The notes under the pieces are model-generated. The model did not search any database, was not told the origin of the DNA, and was given only the letters and a program-made list of their open reading frames with translations. Made by a program: the position numbers and the translations under genes. From Andalucia godoyi And28 (taxonomy: Eukaryota > Protista > Jakobida), in the NCBI GenBank assembly GCA_009859145.1, contig VRVR01000003.1, positions 71,315 through 135,314 on the forward strand: a stretch of DNA of 64,000 bases, given 5' to 3'. Shown here one piece after another: positions 1 to 10,610 of this stretch (position 1 is the stretch's first letter; each line of letters starts with the position of its first letter).

Positions 1-25
1 GTCTGTCCGTACTTCACATACGCAC

Positions 26-63
<38 letters not shown>

Positions 64-236
64 TTTCGATTATATTTATTATTATTATTATTTGTATTAG
101 AACGAATTTCGCACTAATGGCATTTGGAGGCTTCCTTTTCTTTTCTTTCTTTCTTTTTTTTTTGTTTGTTTGTTTGTTTGTGTGTGTGTGTCTATTAGTG
201 AGTTTTTTGCAGCAGTTTCCTCAAGATGAAATGTAA
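1..236 (+). CDS. Possible 3' end of a gene entering from the left, with an intron at about 30-207/210
   Basis: GTATGT at 30-35, (GT)n and T-rich tract, then TTTTTTGCAGCAG followed by a short frame ending FPQDEM*. Reading frame and identity cannot be fixed. Confidence 0.3.
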
Positions 237-247
237 AGAAGACAGCA

Positions 248-830
248 CGCCTACATTATACACTGAACATGCATATATCTACGAATAGACATGCATATTC
301 AATCTTGCATCCCGTTGTCGGGAAGGGGATAGACCTCAACACACCTCACGGCGCTCTTCAGATAAATGTTCCGCGCTCCGTTCCCAATCTCGATCAATCT
401 GCGAGCCACTTTTCTCAGCGTGACATGTTGTTCCTGAGAAAGGGTGCATTTCGATTCTGACGGCCCTAGCAGCAGGCGCTTTCGTGTCCTCAGTTGCAGC
501 GATTGATGCAACTGGAGATACGAGAGGAAGAGGCGGCAGAAAGACGGTGGGGTTTTGCGACTGCGACTGCGACTGCGCCTGGTGCATCGTAGCAGAAAAC
601 CACGAGTTCTGTAAGAGACGGTCCCTGAGGCTTCTGCTTGGGATTGGCTGCCCTGTGTGCTGGGGATTGGAGGTCGTGTCTTGGAAGTTCGCCTCTTGGC
701 AGTGCGCTGAACGAATGATAGATGGCTACGCGTAAGCACGAATTCCTGTGAAGCAAACGTGCTAGTGTCGGCCAGTATTCACCGTGTCTGTTTATGTATA
801 CTTCCTTCCGTATGCATGACAATGACGTGC
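248..830 (-). repeat. Dispersed structured repeat, copy 1 (inverted relative to 27672-28254)
   Basis: Reverse complement of 248-536 aligns to 27970-28254 with about 15 substitutions and 3 indels in about 290 nt. 709-830 aligns to 27672-27857 apart from an insertion of about 65 nt in the other copy. Confidence 0.95.
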
Positions 831-936
831 TATTATTCAATGGTAGAAACTTGTGATTATTATTGTTTTTTTTTCTTTTTTTCAACACGAACTACATTTA
901 TTGATCACGACATTGAGAGTGCTTTTTTTGCACGGA

Positions 937-1689
937 TCAGATGGAGCGCTGCGATGGAGCAGGCATGTTGGATCGCCGAGACGTGTCTCGATTGACGGAC
1001 GACAGGGTCTTTCGAGTCTCCTGGATAGCATCCTTGGCGACCTCCTTGGCATTTCCGATCACTTCCGATGCAGACGGGACATTCTCTTGCACATTCTGAA
1101 CAGCATCCTGCAGCGTCTCCTTGAAGGTTGTTGCTGTCGTGGCAGAGGGCTCCTGGGCTTCGTCACCACGTGGAATCTTTGCGTCGGGCTGGTTTTTCGT
1201 GATTCCGGCATCGTCCAGAGTTCTCTTTCCTTGGACAACAGCAGCGTCCAAGCGTTCTGCCGCTGCATCCTTCAGGTTCGCCGCAGTTTCAGAAATGCCC
1301 TCCACGGTGGACCGAATCTTTTCCTTCGCAGCATCGATGTAGCCCCCGAGTTGGCTGCTGGCAGTGGTGTTGCCGGCATCGATTGTGGACACGGTTGGTG
1401 TGCTGCTGCTGCTGCTTCCATCGGTCGCGAGACCAATCCTCGTCGCAACAGCATCGACGGCACCGCCCACCTTCTGGCCGATGATCTCGGATTTCTCGCC
1501 TTCGGCATACGGAACAGCAGCTTTTGCAACGCGATCTGCCGCGTCTTCAACGATCTTTGCCGCCCTGCCCACGAAGCTCGTTGCCGTTGTGGCTGCGGCA
1601 GTAGGGGCTGAGGCCGATACGCTGCCATTCGCGCTGCCATTCACGCCGGCCGATGCTGAGAGCGATGATTCCGAGTTGGTGGTGGACAT
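937..1689 (-). CDS. LEA/hydrophilin-like Ala/Ser/Thr-rich protein, 250 aa
   Basis: ATG-started ORF with LEA-like amphipathic segments (AKEKIRSTVEGISETAANLKDAA, AKEVAKDAIQETRK). No aromatic or Cys core. Confidence 0.7.
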   Translation of the reverse strand: MSTTNSESSLSASAGVNGSANGSVSASAPTAAATTATSFVGRAAKIVEDAADRVAKAAVPYAEGEKSEIIGQKVGGAVDAVATRIGLATDGSSSSSTPTVSTIDAGNTTASSQLGGYIDAAKEKIRSTVEGISETAANLKDAAAERLDAAVVQGKRTLDDAGITKNQPDAKIPRGDEAQEPSATTATTFKETLQDAVQNVQENVPSASEVIGNAKEVAKDAIQETRKTLSSVNRDTSRRSNMPAPSQRSI

Positions 1690-2854
1690 TATATATTGGG
1701 GAGTAATTCTTTTCTTCTTTTCTTTTTCTTCGTCTCAAGATATAAAAGAACGAAAGTGTGGGCTCGTGTGAGGTGCGAGATAGGAGGTAGGAAAGAGTTG
1801 TGGATGGCAGAAACTAAAGAAAGTTTGCGAAAAACGGTAACGGCGCAAGTCGCAACGTATAAATACTGCACGGGCGTCAGTCCCACCGTTTCAGTGAACA
1901 ACGGACTCGCCGTTTCCCGTTAAAAGGCACTCGAGCTTCCAGTTCACAAACAGAAGAGACTTTCTTCCTGCATGTTGCTTTACAGGGTTTTTGGCGGTTC
2001 GTCAGGTGCAAAACGGTTCCAGTTGAAGTTCGCGTAACAGTTGACGTAGCAAGATATGTGCAAGTGCGGAGAGGACCGCCGAGAGAGGACGCGCTGCTGG
2101 AAGACAACATGTTAGACGTAAAAGAGAAGAAGAAAAAGAAATTGTAGTTGAAAAAAGATTAATTGTAATAAAAGGTTCTTCGCGAGTGGGAAAAACAATT
2201 AACAAAAAAAAAAAAAACTCTGTCCGTACCTCCTCTTCTTCATTAATAGGTACGTCATATACGCAAACGCAGGTCCATGCCAAATACATTTCTGAAACGG
2301 TTTTCCCCAAAGGACGCGACTCTGGAGGATGAAGAAACGAGACCGCTTCATTTGACGCAGGAATATCGAAAGCGAGGTCTTGCTCACCGCGTGCGCAAAG
2401 CCTGGCGAAAAGGAGTCGTGAAAGCCCGCAGATTCTTCAAGGGCAAACGCCATCGTGCAGGACATCATGTGTCTCCTGGGCCCGCCCGCGGAAGGCAGGA
2501 GCACAATTTTGACTCCAGCCCAGTGATTGCATAGATCATACCAGCAATCCCACACGTTCAGTTAATATCTCCCAGTTATTGTAATGGACTCTTCTGCAGA
2601 AGAACAGAACAACAACGGACGTTCTACATAAAAAAAACAACCCCGTGGATATTTGTAAAAATTTTCTCCTCCAAACGGCATCGCACCCTTTCGTCGCCTT
2701 CCCCTCCCAAAGATTGACACTGCCGCCTCCCCGCCACATCACACCTTCCCGAAACGACCGCTTCGAGAATGGGGAAGCAGGAGGAGGGCTCGTCTCTCTT
2801 TTTTTTCGTGTCCCATTGAATGCACGTGCCGATAGGTACGGGCGGGAGGCATGG

Positions 2855-3778
2855 TCACCGCTCCGTCGTACGCAGCCGATCCATTAAGAGAGCGCCTGCA
2901 ACGCTGACGTTGAACGAATCAACGGTAGAATGGGAGCGCATTGGAATAGAGGTCACATGAGAACAGCTCCTTAGTACATTGGTTCGCAGCCCGGCTCCTT
3001 CATTACCGAGCACCAACACTCGTTTCTGCAAAGGCGGAAGACGAGACAGCTGAGAGTACTCCAATTTCTTCACACCAGGAGTCATCCGTTTTGCAGAAAC
3101 CGTGTCCTCCATACCAGCCGCGGCAATAACCCAGTAGCCAGCCCGCTTCATCTCTTCCAGCATGACGTCCATCCGATCCACCGCGAAAATGCTATCCGTC
3201 ATGAGTTCGAGCGCTCCAGCCGATGCTTTGCTTACTGTTGGAGTGAGAGGAGCAGAGTTTCTGGCACTGACAAGCACGCCTGCAACACTGAGCAGGAACG
3301 CAGAGCGCAGCAATGCACCGAGGTTCATCGGATCCATAACTTCATCCAAGCACAGCATCAGCGGAGAAGCAGCCGCAGTGCTTCTTGCCTGCGAGCTCAG
3401 TTCATGCAAATCATGAACATTGCGAACAAGCGGGGCATGCATCGGGGAGCAAGGAAGAACATATCCTTGGTGTGGACGATTGCCAACGAGAATGTCAAGC
3501 TGGAATTTGGGAGCGCGGACAATGGCCAAATCCACTTCTCTGCACCGATCAAACAGAGCTTCCTTGATTTCAATGCCCGCTTGCACAAGAATCGATCCGC
3601 AGAGCAGCCGCTTCTTGGCTTCAAGAGCACTTTGCACAGGCGACACCCCGAACAGATAGTCTGCATCCGAGGGAAACGTAGGAAGCACGACCGGCTTTGG
3701 AGGCTTCCCCGGTCCAGAACTCGCGTGCAAGCCAAAACATCGCACAAACTGGCTTCTTGCGCATCCTCGACTCAACAT
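2855..3778 (-). CDS. MRM1: SpoU/TrmH-family rRNA 2'-O-methyltransferase, MRM1/PET56-like, probably mitochondrial
   Basis: Motifs LFGVSPV, CLDEVMDPMNLGALLRSA, VLGNEGAGLR and SFNVSVA. Basic presequence-like N-terminus. Confidence 0.85.
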   Translation of the reverse strand: MLSRGCARSQFVRCFGLHASSGPGKPPKPVVLPTFPSDADYLFGVSPVQSALEAKKRLLCGSILVQAGIEIKEALFDRCREVDLAIVRAPKFQLDILVGNRPHQGYVLPCSPMHAPLVRNVHDLHELSSQARSTAAASPLMLCLDEVMDPMNLGALLRSAFLLSVAGVLVSARNSAPLTPTVSKASAGALELMTDSIFAVDRMDVMLEEMKRAGYWVIAAAGMEDTVSAKRMTPGVKKLEYSQLSRLPPLQKRVLVLGNEGAGLRTNVLRSCSHVTSIPMRSHSTVDSFNVSVAGALLMDRLRTTER

Positions 3779-4055
3779 GACTCGACAGTTCTCTCAGTAT
3801 CCTTAAGCGGTGGGTTTTTTTATAAGTATAAAATTTAAAATGCTATGGAGACCTTTCTCGTTCTCCACCCCGGGCGAAAGAAGAACGGACTCTGTTCTGG
3901 CATTCGCGACATTCGCGGACTTGCGTAGACTTTTGAGTGGTGCGCTGCAAAAGCACTTTGTGGAATACGGCAGACGCCGTTTTTCCCCGAACATTGGGAA
4001 AAGAGAAAACTTGCTTTATGTACATGCAACGCCGAGAAGGCAGAGAGAAAATGGA

Positions 4056-4928
4056 CTATTCTTCCCAGATGCTGCGCGTTCGCTGTTGGCGTATTCTTCG
4101 AAGCAAAACCCAAAGGACTCCGCTTAGAGCTCCAAACGACCCGCAGGCGTACGGCGACGTGTACGTTGTCGAGCTTGAAAACGCAAAAAACGAGAGAAGC
4201 CCCATAAGAGAAGAGCTGTGTGTTGCCCATCGGCTGACCAAATCAGGAATCCCTAAATTCATGTGGACCAGCACACCGACCAAAACGGCTGCATTGAACA
4301 GATCGACCATGATGGACAGACGCGCGGTGTTGTCTTCTTCAACTTGACCATCACCACCGCCATCGCTGCTGAAAATGCTGGTGCTTGTCGCAGGGCCAAT
4401 CTTGTCTGTCTTTTCATCCAGGGAAAACGACAAGGCCAGAGCAGACAGCACGACAAGCACGATCTCCATCTCCAGCCTCCACGTTGCGCGGCACACGGTC
4501 CACGCCAAAGGAACGACGCACAGCTGAGAAAAGGTACCCTGTTTTGCAGAAAATGTACAGTACACATAGCACGCAAAAAGAATAGCAAATAGAGTGAGCT
4601 CGCCTATGCTCGGAATGCTGATTTCCGGTCGGTATATCCACAAGTACGCGTTCGCAGCAAGCGACAGCAGTCCATACATGCAAATGACGGCCTTCTGCTC
4701 GTTTGGAGAGGCTGCGACATGGTCGATCAGCAGTGCATCGGTCAGATACCCGAGTTTTGTGATTGCGATTCCGCGTAGCCAGAAGACGTACACGGGAAAC
4801 AGAACGGACGATGCAAACTGGCTGACGAGAATCGACGGATAGACTGCAAGAAGAGAAACGATTGCACCGGATCCAAAAAACCGAAGCTGGTGGAAACATG
4901 CCATCATCCGCAGCAGCCTCGACAACAT
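4056..4928 (-). CDS. Multi-pass membrane protein, possibly a distant UbiA-type prenyltransferase; start uncertain (frame open to 5039)
   Basis: Several hydrophobic helices. GYLTDALLID and FSLDEKTD loosely resemble the two Asp-rich UbiA motifs (inference only). Confidence 0.55.
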   Translation of the reverse strand: MLSRLLRMMACFHQLRFFGSGAIVSLLAVYPSILVSQFASSVLFPVYVFWLRGIAITKLGYLTDALLIDHVAASPNEQKAVICMYGLLSLAANAYLWIYRPEISIPSIGELTLFAILFACYVYCTFSAKQGTFSQLCVVPLAWTVCRATWRLEMEIVLVVLSALALSFSLDEKTDKIGPATSTSIFSSDGGGDGQVEEDNTARLSIMVDLFNAAVLVGVLVHMNLGIPDLVSRWATHSSSLMGLLSFFAFSSSTTYTSPYACGSFGALSGVLWVLLRRIRQQRTRSIWEE

Positions 4929-5722
4929 CCTTGTCTGTTGAAACTTTTTGCGTGCAGCCTGCTCAATGCTCACAGGACAACTGTATAATGATGATGACGA
5001 TGATAATAATAATAACCAAACAAAAAGCATTGAAAGCATTGAAAGCCCGAGTCGTCACTTGTCGTCCAGTAAGTGTACTCCTGTTGCAGCGAGCCGAAAC
5101 TGTACAAACTGCAAAGCGCCTGCACACGGAATGCAGAGCGAGTGGACTGTGCGGGAATGCGAGACTGAGAGAGAGGAAGCTGCGATTCGGTGGGCATGTT
5201 GGGTTGGGTTGTCCGTTTGTTTGTGCAAGGTAATCGATCGGGTTCGATTCATGAGCAGCCGTCATGGTGGCTCGTTTCCATTCTTGCTGTCCTTTCTGCA
5301 CACCATACATTCCGTGTTCTGCAGACGCGACAACAAACGCGAGCGGCCATCACCTGCCTTTCCGACCCTATCCACGCTCTATCCTCTTGATACAACGCCC
5401 AACCACCCCCTAAGAAAGATGAGGGAAAGAAAAACCATGAGTCCCACTCTCACTCCATGCACAATACATTCTTCACAATCGCTGCAGGCTAGAGCAACCT
5501 GTCGGGTTTTCGATTCTTTTATTACTACTTTTTTTCTTTTTGGGATTCTTTTTTTTCCGTTTACATGCAACAGTTTGCAAATTGACGTGACAGCAGGGGA
5601 ATGAAGAACATAGTGGGCAGCAGAATGAGAATGATAAAGAAAGAAAAGTGGGAAATCGCGTGGAAAAATACGCACATAAAGAAAGACACCGCAGGAGGTA
5701 CAGAGCAAGGAAGGACCCATGC

Positions 5723-6239
5723 TCAAGAAGACGACTGCTTCTTCTTTCCAAGTGTGACGGCTGCAGTGCAACAACAAATGTAAATCGTAAAAATTGAAGA
5801 GGAAGAAGAAGTAAAGCAGTAAGTGTCTGGTTTCTTTCAATAACACGCCTGGAAAAAAAGACGACGACGACGACGACGACGACAACAACAACAACAACAA
5901 CAACGAAGAAGAAGAAGAAGAAGAAATGTTAAGGATCATACTTTCACGCTTGAGCACACCGAGAAGCGTCTGTGTGGATTCGAGGATTTTGACATACGCG
6001 CCTTCTGTTTCCTTGATAGTTCGATCGTACTCGTCGCGCGTGGCCTCCTTCTTCGCCAATGCTTCATTCACACGGTTCAGACGCTCCGTAAGTATCCGAA
6101 TGTCGTTCTGCACCTTTGCACGCTCTTCCTGGTCCTTCAGAATCTGGCGGGATGTTTCCTCCCGCTTCTCTCGGAGCTCTTCAATGCACTTCACAAGCTC
6201 AAGATTCGTATTCTGCAGCGTCGCTCCTTGTGTTGCCAT
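5723..6239 (-). CDS. SSNA1: SSNA1/NA14/DIP13 basal-body coiled-coil protein; exons 6239-5942 and 5760-5723, intron 5941-5761
   Basis: [27 protein letters not shown]...[15 protein letters not shown] matches the family. A GTATGA...CTGCAG splice gives the C-terminus [12 protein letters not shown], similar to the DIP13 tail. Confidence 0.9.
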
Positions 6240-6659
6240 CCTGTTTGTTGCTGAACGTCGTTGTTTAACAAAATCTCTTCCTTTCTTTTAAAAAAACAAA
6301 AGCGCCCCAATCAAAACACACCCAGACAAAAAAATATATCTCAAATCGGTGCAACCTCCCCTGCAAACTACAAAACGGCAGCAACAACAGCAATTACTCT
6401 AAAACAGTTTGAACTGCAAAGTATAGGAACGCGTTGAAGAAATCGTTTGCTTGGGCAAAAAAGAAAGGCAGGTGCTGAGGAGTGAGTAGACAGCCACGAC
6501 AAAACAAACGGACATCTTTCGACTACAACTGCTGGCTTGAATTCTCCGAAAATCCCAGCCCTCCAAACAGAGGAGTTTTTCTTTCCACCGCTGCCACTTA
6601 TTGCGATACTGTATGATGAAGCAATCTAAAGCGCACGCAAACAAAAAAACACTGCCACG

Positions 6660-6790
6660 CGCCATGTGAATGTGTTTGCTATCTTGACAACTCCGTCACA
6701 CGATGCCCGATTGTTGTTGGGTTGCAACACTGATTATGGGTGATCAGCGATGATCATCCGTGGTCAGTGTACAGTGTAGGCGTGAGCGCG
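6660..6790 (+). repeat. Diverged partial copy of the repeat family (terminal hairpin region)
   Basis: GGGTTGCAACACTGATTATG vs GGGATGCAAGATTGAATATG (16/20) and GTCAGTGTACAGTGTAGGCGTG vs TTCAGTGTATAATGTAGGCGTG (19/22), colinear with copy 1. Confidence 0.75.
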
Positions 6791-6903
6791 TCGGCTGCTA
6801 CAGATGCAATAACGCACATGAATAAAAAACGGAACACAAGGCTTGTTGACTCGTTTATAAAAATACGGAAAGGGAATGATGTGACAGACGTAAGGAGTGT
6901 GTT

Positions 6904-7988
6904 TCAACAGGTGAGGGAAAACGCCCAGTCAATGACGGCTCGTTCGAGTTCGCCGAGCCCCGTGCGATGACCATCCGCATTGTCGATTTCGACGACTTTT
7001 GATTGGAGAGGAGACGGCGCAACCAGAATCAGGCGCCGTCTTTCTTCGCCGAGGATGTTCGCCACCACCCCATCCACTCCGTAGTCCTGGATTGCCTTGT
7101 GTGCCTTTGCTTCCACCACCTGGACATCTGTTTCAAACTTGAAACTCACAAGGCATGCTTCGGGTGCCTTTGCCCGGACGACTCCAATCATCTTTGGAAC
7201 TTGCTGCAAGCTCAACTCCAGAGTTTCCTGCACCGAAGAGATCTTGTGCTCGGACATGTGCTTGGCCGGCAGGTAGTAGTCCGAGACCGCAGCCGCAAGA
7301 ATGACCAGTGCATCCTTGCCAAACTGCGCCAATGCGCCTGCACAGTGCACAAGATAGTGCAGATAGTCTGATACAGTGGAAAACGAAACCACAAGCAACC
7401 GATTCGATGAAGCAGACGCAGCACAATCGTCGGGTTCGTACACCACAGACTGCATAATGCGCAGGTCGTCCAAGAACAAATCAAGTTTGTGCGGGTCAAG
7501 GAGATCCAGCTCGTGGTTTCGAATTCTCCATGAATACGGAAGAAGAGCAGAATCAGCAGCAAGCAACAAAACGGCAATGTCATCTGACGAATTGATAGCA
7601 TGCTCCGTCAGCAACGCCCCTCGAAGCCCGCTGCCAACATTCGAAACAAATCGAATTGTGTTTCGTTCAAGAGGCACCTTTGTTCCCCCGCTCTGCATGC
7701 ACACACACACACACACACACACACATCCATACCCACATCCATACACGCGCGCGCGTTCACGGGAAAAAAATCAAGGGAAATGTAAATCAGTGTTCAATTC
7801 TCTTCCTATCATACACGGGATAGCCTCACAGGAGAAAACAGGTCGAAAGAAACTCATACAGTAACAAACACGACTCGTCGCTTTGCGGCAAGATTGATCT
7901 GCAAGAACGCGCCAATCGCACTGCACTGTTCAGCAAACCGAGCTGGAACACGCTCGTCTGCCAAGAAATCTTCTGCTGCAATCGCCAT
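6904..7988 (-). CDS. PPCS: Phosphopantothenate--cysteine ligase; exons 7988-7860 and 7692-6904, intron 7859-7693
   Basis: A GTATGA...GCAG splice joins VVFVT to SGGTKVPLE. Also NVGSGLRGA, ILAAAVSDYY and LVSFKFETD. Confidence 0.92.
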
Positions 7989-8359
7989 TTGCAACAAACC
8001 AAACCTCTTCTCCTTTTCCGTTCTTTTGCCGTTGGGCGCCCACCCACGATCCACGTCCGCGATCCGGGAACATTTAGTACCTATGTAAAAATGGCTTGAA
8101 GACCGTGAGTGTATTGCGGAAGGTCGGGGAATTCCGTAGCAAAGGAAAAAACAAGAAAGAAAAACTCGGGCAAGTTGATGCTGGATGACAGAACATGAGA
8201 CCAGGGCGAAGGAAAACATGAAAGGGAAAAAAGCCTTTCTCTTCGACCGACCGAAAGGGAAAAAGGTTTCAGTGTCGGGAGTGTTGTGTGGCATGCATGG
8301 GAGTGCGGGCGGGCGCCACAAGGGGGAGGGGAGACGAGTCAGACTGACACGACGGAAGG

Positions 8360-9256
8360 ATGATATCGCGAAGAGAGCTTGTGGAACTCTTGACGGAATT
8401 TTTTGAAACGCTCATGCATGTGCTTCTTTCGACTCGGAAGCTGTATCCACAGCACTTGTTTACGCTCGAGCGAAAGTACGGGGTTCCGGTTTACGTTGCG
8501 AACCATCCGCTGCTGCGGACGTACATCCGAGATGTGTGTCGATCCATCCATGAACTTCTTGACGTAGATTTACTGGAGTGTGTGGTGTTTCAGTTGGGAG
8601 AGTTCGTCCGGAGCTCAAAATCATCCTCGAAGACAAGTGCAAGCGCTGGCGCGAATATTGGTGTTGGTGTTGGTGCTGCGCCACCGTCATCGCAGGGCAC
8701 GCTAATTGCAAATACCCCAGTATCTGACCCAAATGCAACGGCAGCTGCAAATCGAACATCGACAAGCGAGGGACAGGCTCCGGAGATCTTGAGGTTTCTG
8801 CTTTCCGACATTGGAGACTGTGGCCTAGAACTCGATGCTCTCGAACGCCACTTTGCTTCTGCTCTCACCAAGATCATTGTGAATTCGCCCTTGCTTGCGA
8901 CAGATGCGGCAGCAAAGACAGAGAAAACAGCGGCGGCACAGGCTCAGGCTCAGGCAAAGGCAAAGGCAAAAGCAACGACCCAGGCACAGACTCGAGACGA
9001 CCCGTTGCAGTATCCTTCGCTATCAAGCATGCTTGTCGAGGATCCGCCGTCTAATAACCCTGTTCCGTTTCATGTATACATCAAGGCACGACAGCAGTTG
9101 GGATTCTCAGCTGCATGGCTATCGACACCCGAGCATGATGCATTCTTTGCCGCCTTTCCAGACCACTCAGGAAACTCCGAGTCGGATCGAGTCCTCAAAT
9201 CCGTGCAATCTCGCGGATGCTCATTCACCATTTCAAGACTCGATAACATCACCTAG
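8360..9256 (+). CDS. MAD2L2: HORMA-domain protein REV7/MAD2L2-like
   Basis: LTEFFETLMHVLLSTRKLYPQHLFTLERKYGVPVYVANHPLLRTYI and LERHFASALTKI match the REV7 pattern. Two low-complexity insertions. Confidence 0.8.
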   Translation: MISRRELVELLTEFFETLMHVLLSTRKLYPQHLFTLERKYGVPVYVANHPLLRTYIRDVCRSIHELLDVDLLECVVFQLGEFVRSSKSSSKTSASAGANIGVGVGAAPPSSQGTLIANTPVSDPNATAAANRTSTSEGQAPEILRFLLSDIGDCGLELDALERHFASALTKIIVNSPLLATDAAAKTEKTAAAQAQAQAKAKAKATTQAQTRDDPLQYPSLSSMLVEDPPSNNPVPFHVYIKARQQLGFSAAWLSTPEHDAFFAAFPDHSGNSESDRVLKSVQSRGCSFTISRLDNIT

Positions 9257-9535
9257 TCGATTACCGCTCTCGCGTGCTTTCCCGCACAACATGAACAGCC
9301 ACAACCACAACCACGGCGACGGCAAGGTACCGCTTATCGAATTGGATGCAGTGACATGACACCTTTTCTAGAAAACACTCCGTCGCGATGCAGTTGGCAG
9401 ACCGTCCATCTGGTGCTCGACGGACATCAGCAGTTCACGATCTGCTGTTTCGCAGAGTTGTGAGAAACACCACCAGATTCTCTTTTGTTCCCTTCTTCTT
9501 TGTGCTTGCAACAGTAAAATAAACCGTCCGGAGAG

Positions 9536-10060
9536 CTAGTGTTGCGATGCGAGAGTCTGGATGTTTGCAAGTGGAGATAACGCGCTTGCAGATCCATACT
9601 GTGAGTTCTTTGTCATGGAGTGTGCCGGCGTTGTCGACAGTTTCTGAACATCCAACCGAGCGCCGAAAGCCGACGACGTGCAGGCAGAAGCAGCAGAAGA
9701 CGAGAGCTGAAAGTACATAAAAGTCGGACTTGGAAGTTCAGAAAATGCGACATACTGGCTTTCAAGAGACTGTCTGACATTCACAATCCTGCGTTTTTCC
9801 TCGAGAGTCCATGGATCTGGATCTTGGAAAGCAGCGGCGTTGTTTGCATCTCGATACTTGAGGTCCAGCTCCGTGTTTGCAAACGATGCCTCCAGAGCCT
9901 CGAATTGAAGAGACACAGATTTCGCAACTGCATTAATGTGGTTGGCTCGGTACGCTCCCGAGTTTGAAACAGCGACTGGATTCGACAAGATTGCGTGAAC
10001 TGCAGACGAGTATGCATCGAGTGCTTCTTGCGCCTGCTCCACAAGTCCCCGGAAGTCCAT
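9536..10060 (-). CDS. Hypothetical protein, 174 aa, helical N-terminus
   Basis: ATG-started ORF with protein-like composition and a purine-rich leader. No family recognised. Confidence 0.6.
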   Translation of the reverse strand: MDFRGLVEQAQEALDAYSSAVHAILSNPVAVSNSGAYRANHINAVAKSVSLQFEALEASFANTELDLKYRDANNAAAFQDPDPWTLEEKRRIVNVRQSLESQYVAFSELPSPTFMYFQLSSSAASACTSSAFGARLDVQKLSTTPAHSMTKNSQYGSASALSPLANIQTLASQH

Positions 10061-10072
10061 GTTTCCTTCTAT

Positions 10073-10126
10073 TTCTCCTTCTCCTTCTCCTTCTCCTTCT
10101 CCTTCTCCTTCTCCTTCTCCTTCTCC
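10073..10126. repeat. (TTCTCC)n hexanucleotide microsatellite
   Basis: About 9 perfect units read directly. Confidence 0.95.
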
Positions 10127-10610
10127 AACCGGAATAATAATATTTTTAAAATAATCGAATTCTCAATCTAGAAAAACACGACCTGTACTTTCAAAAGCTC
10201 TCCAGCCGAAACAATATGCAGCAGCCTTGCTTCTCGAGAAGAGAGGGAGGAGGCCTGAAAGAAAAAAGATCCGGCAAGACATTCTCAAATACTGTCAACT
10301 GTGACAGGTGTCTCACGCAAAAACGTCAACTTGCATCGTATTGCTTTTTAAATTCCCGACTCCAGAAAAAAAACCCGCCACGATAATAAAGTATAATTTC
10401 CCCCGCTGATGGGTTGTTCGTCGTTGGGGAAGAACGAGAAGAAGGTAATAGAAGAAAACCCACATACAGCAAGTATACAGAGAAAGAGAGGCAGAGAGAG
10501 ACAGAGAGAGACAGAGAGATAGAGGAAGAACAGCCAAGAAAAAGAATAAGAATAAGAATAAGAAAACAGTTGTTGTTGTCGTGGTGGTGGTGGTGGTAGT
10601 GGATTTTCTA

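Noticed and set aside
248-270. Canonical Helitron 3' end or group I intron R element at the repeat terminus
   Set aside because: The tail is TGTAGGCG rather than CTRR with homology continuing past it, and it lacks the AGAC core and the P, Q and S elements.
853-1611. 252-aa plus-strand ORF, and similar long ORFs at 10718-11806, 11755-13308, 17512-18444 and 29248-30324
   Set aside because: Antisense or alternate-frame shadows of better-supported genes, mostly with non-ATG starts and no motifs.
1877-2110. 77-aa ATG-started ORF on the minus strand
   Set aside because: No motif and unusual composition. It cannot be supported without expression data.
5241-5250. GGTTCGATTC, like a tRNA T-loop
   Set aside because: No T-stem, acceptor stem or anticodon arm.
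5039-5252. In-frame TGA at 5055-5057 separating a 65-aa ORF from the membrane-protein frame (possible Sec or readthrough)
   Set aside because: No redox motif or SECIS seen. The intervening sequence is low-complexity and UTR- or intron-like.
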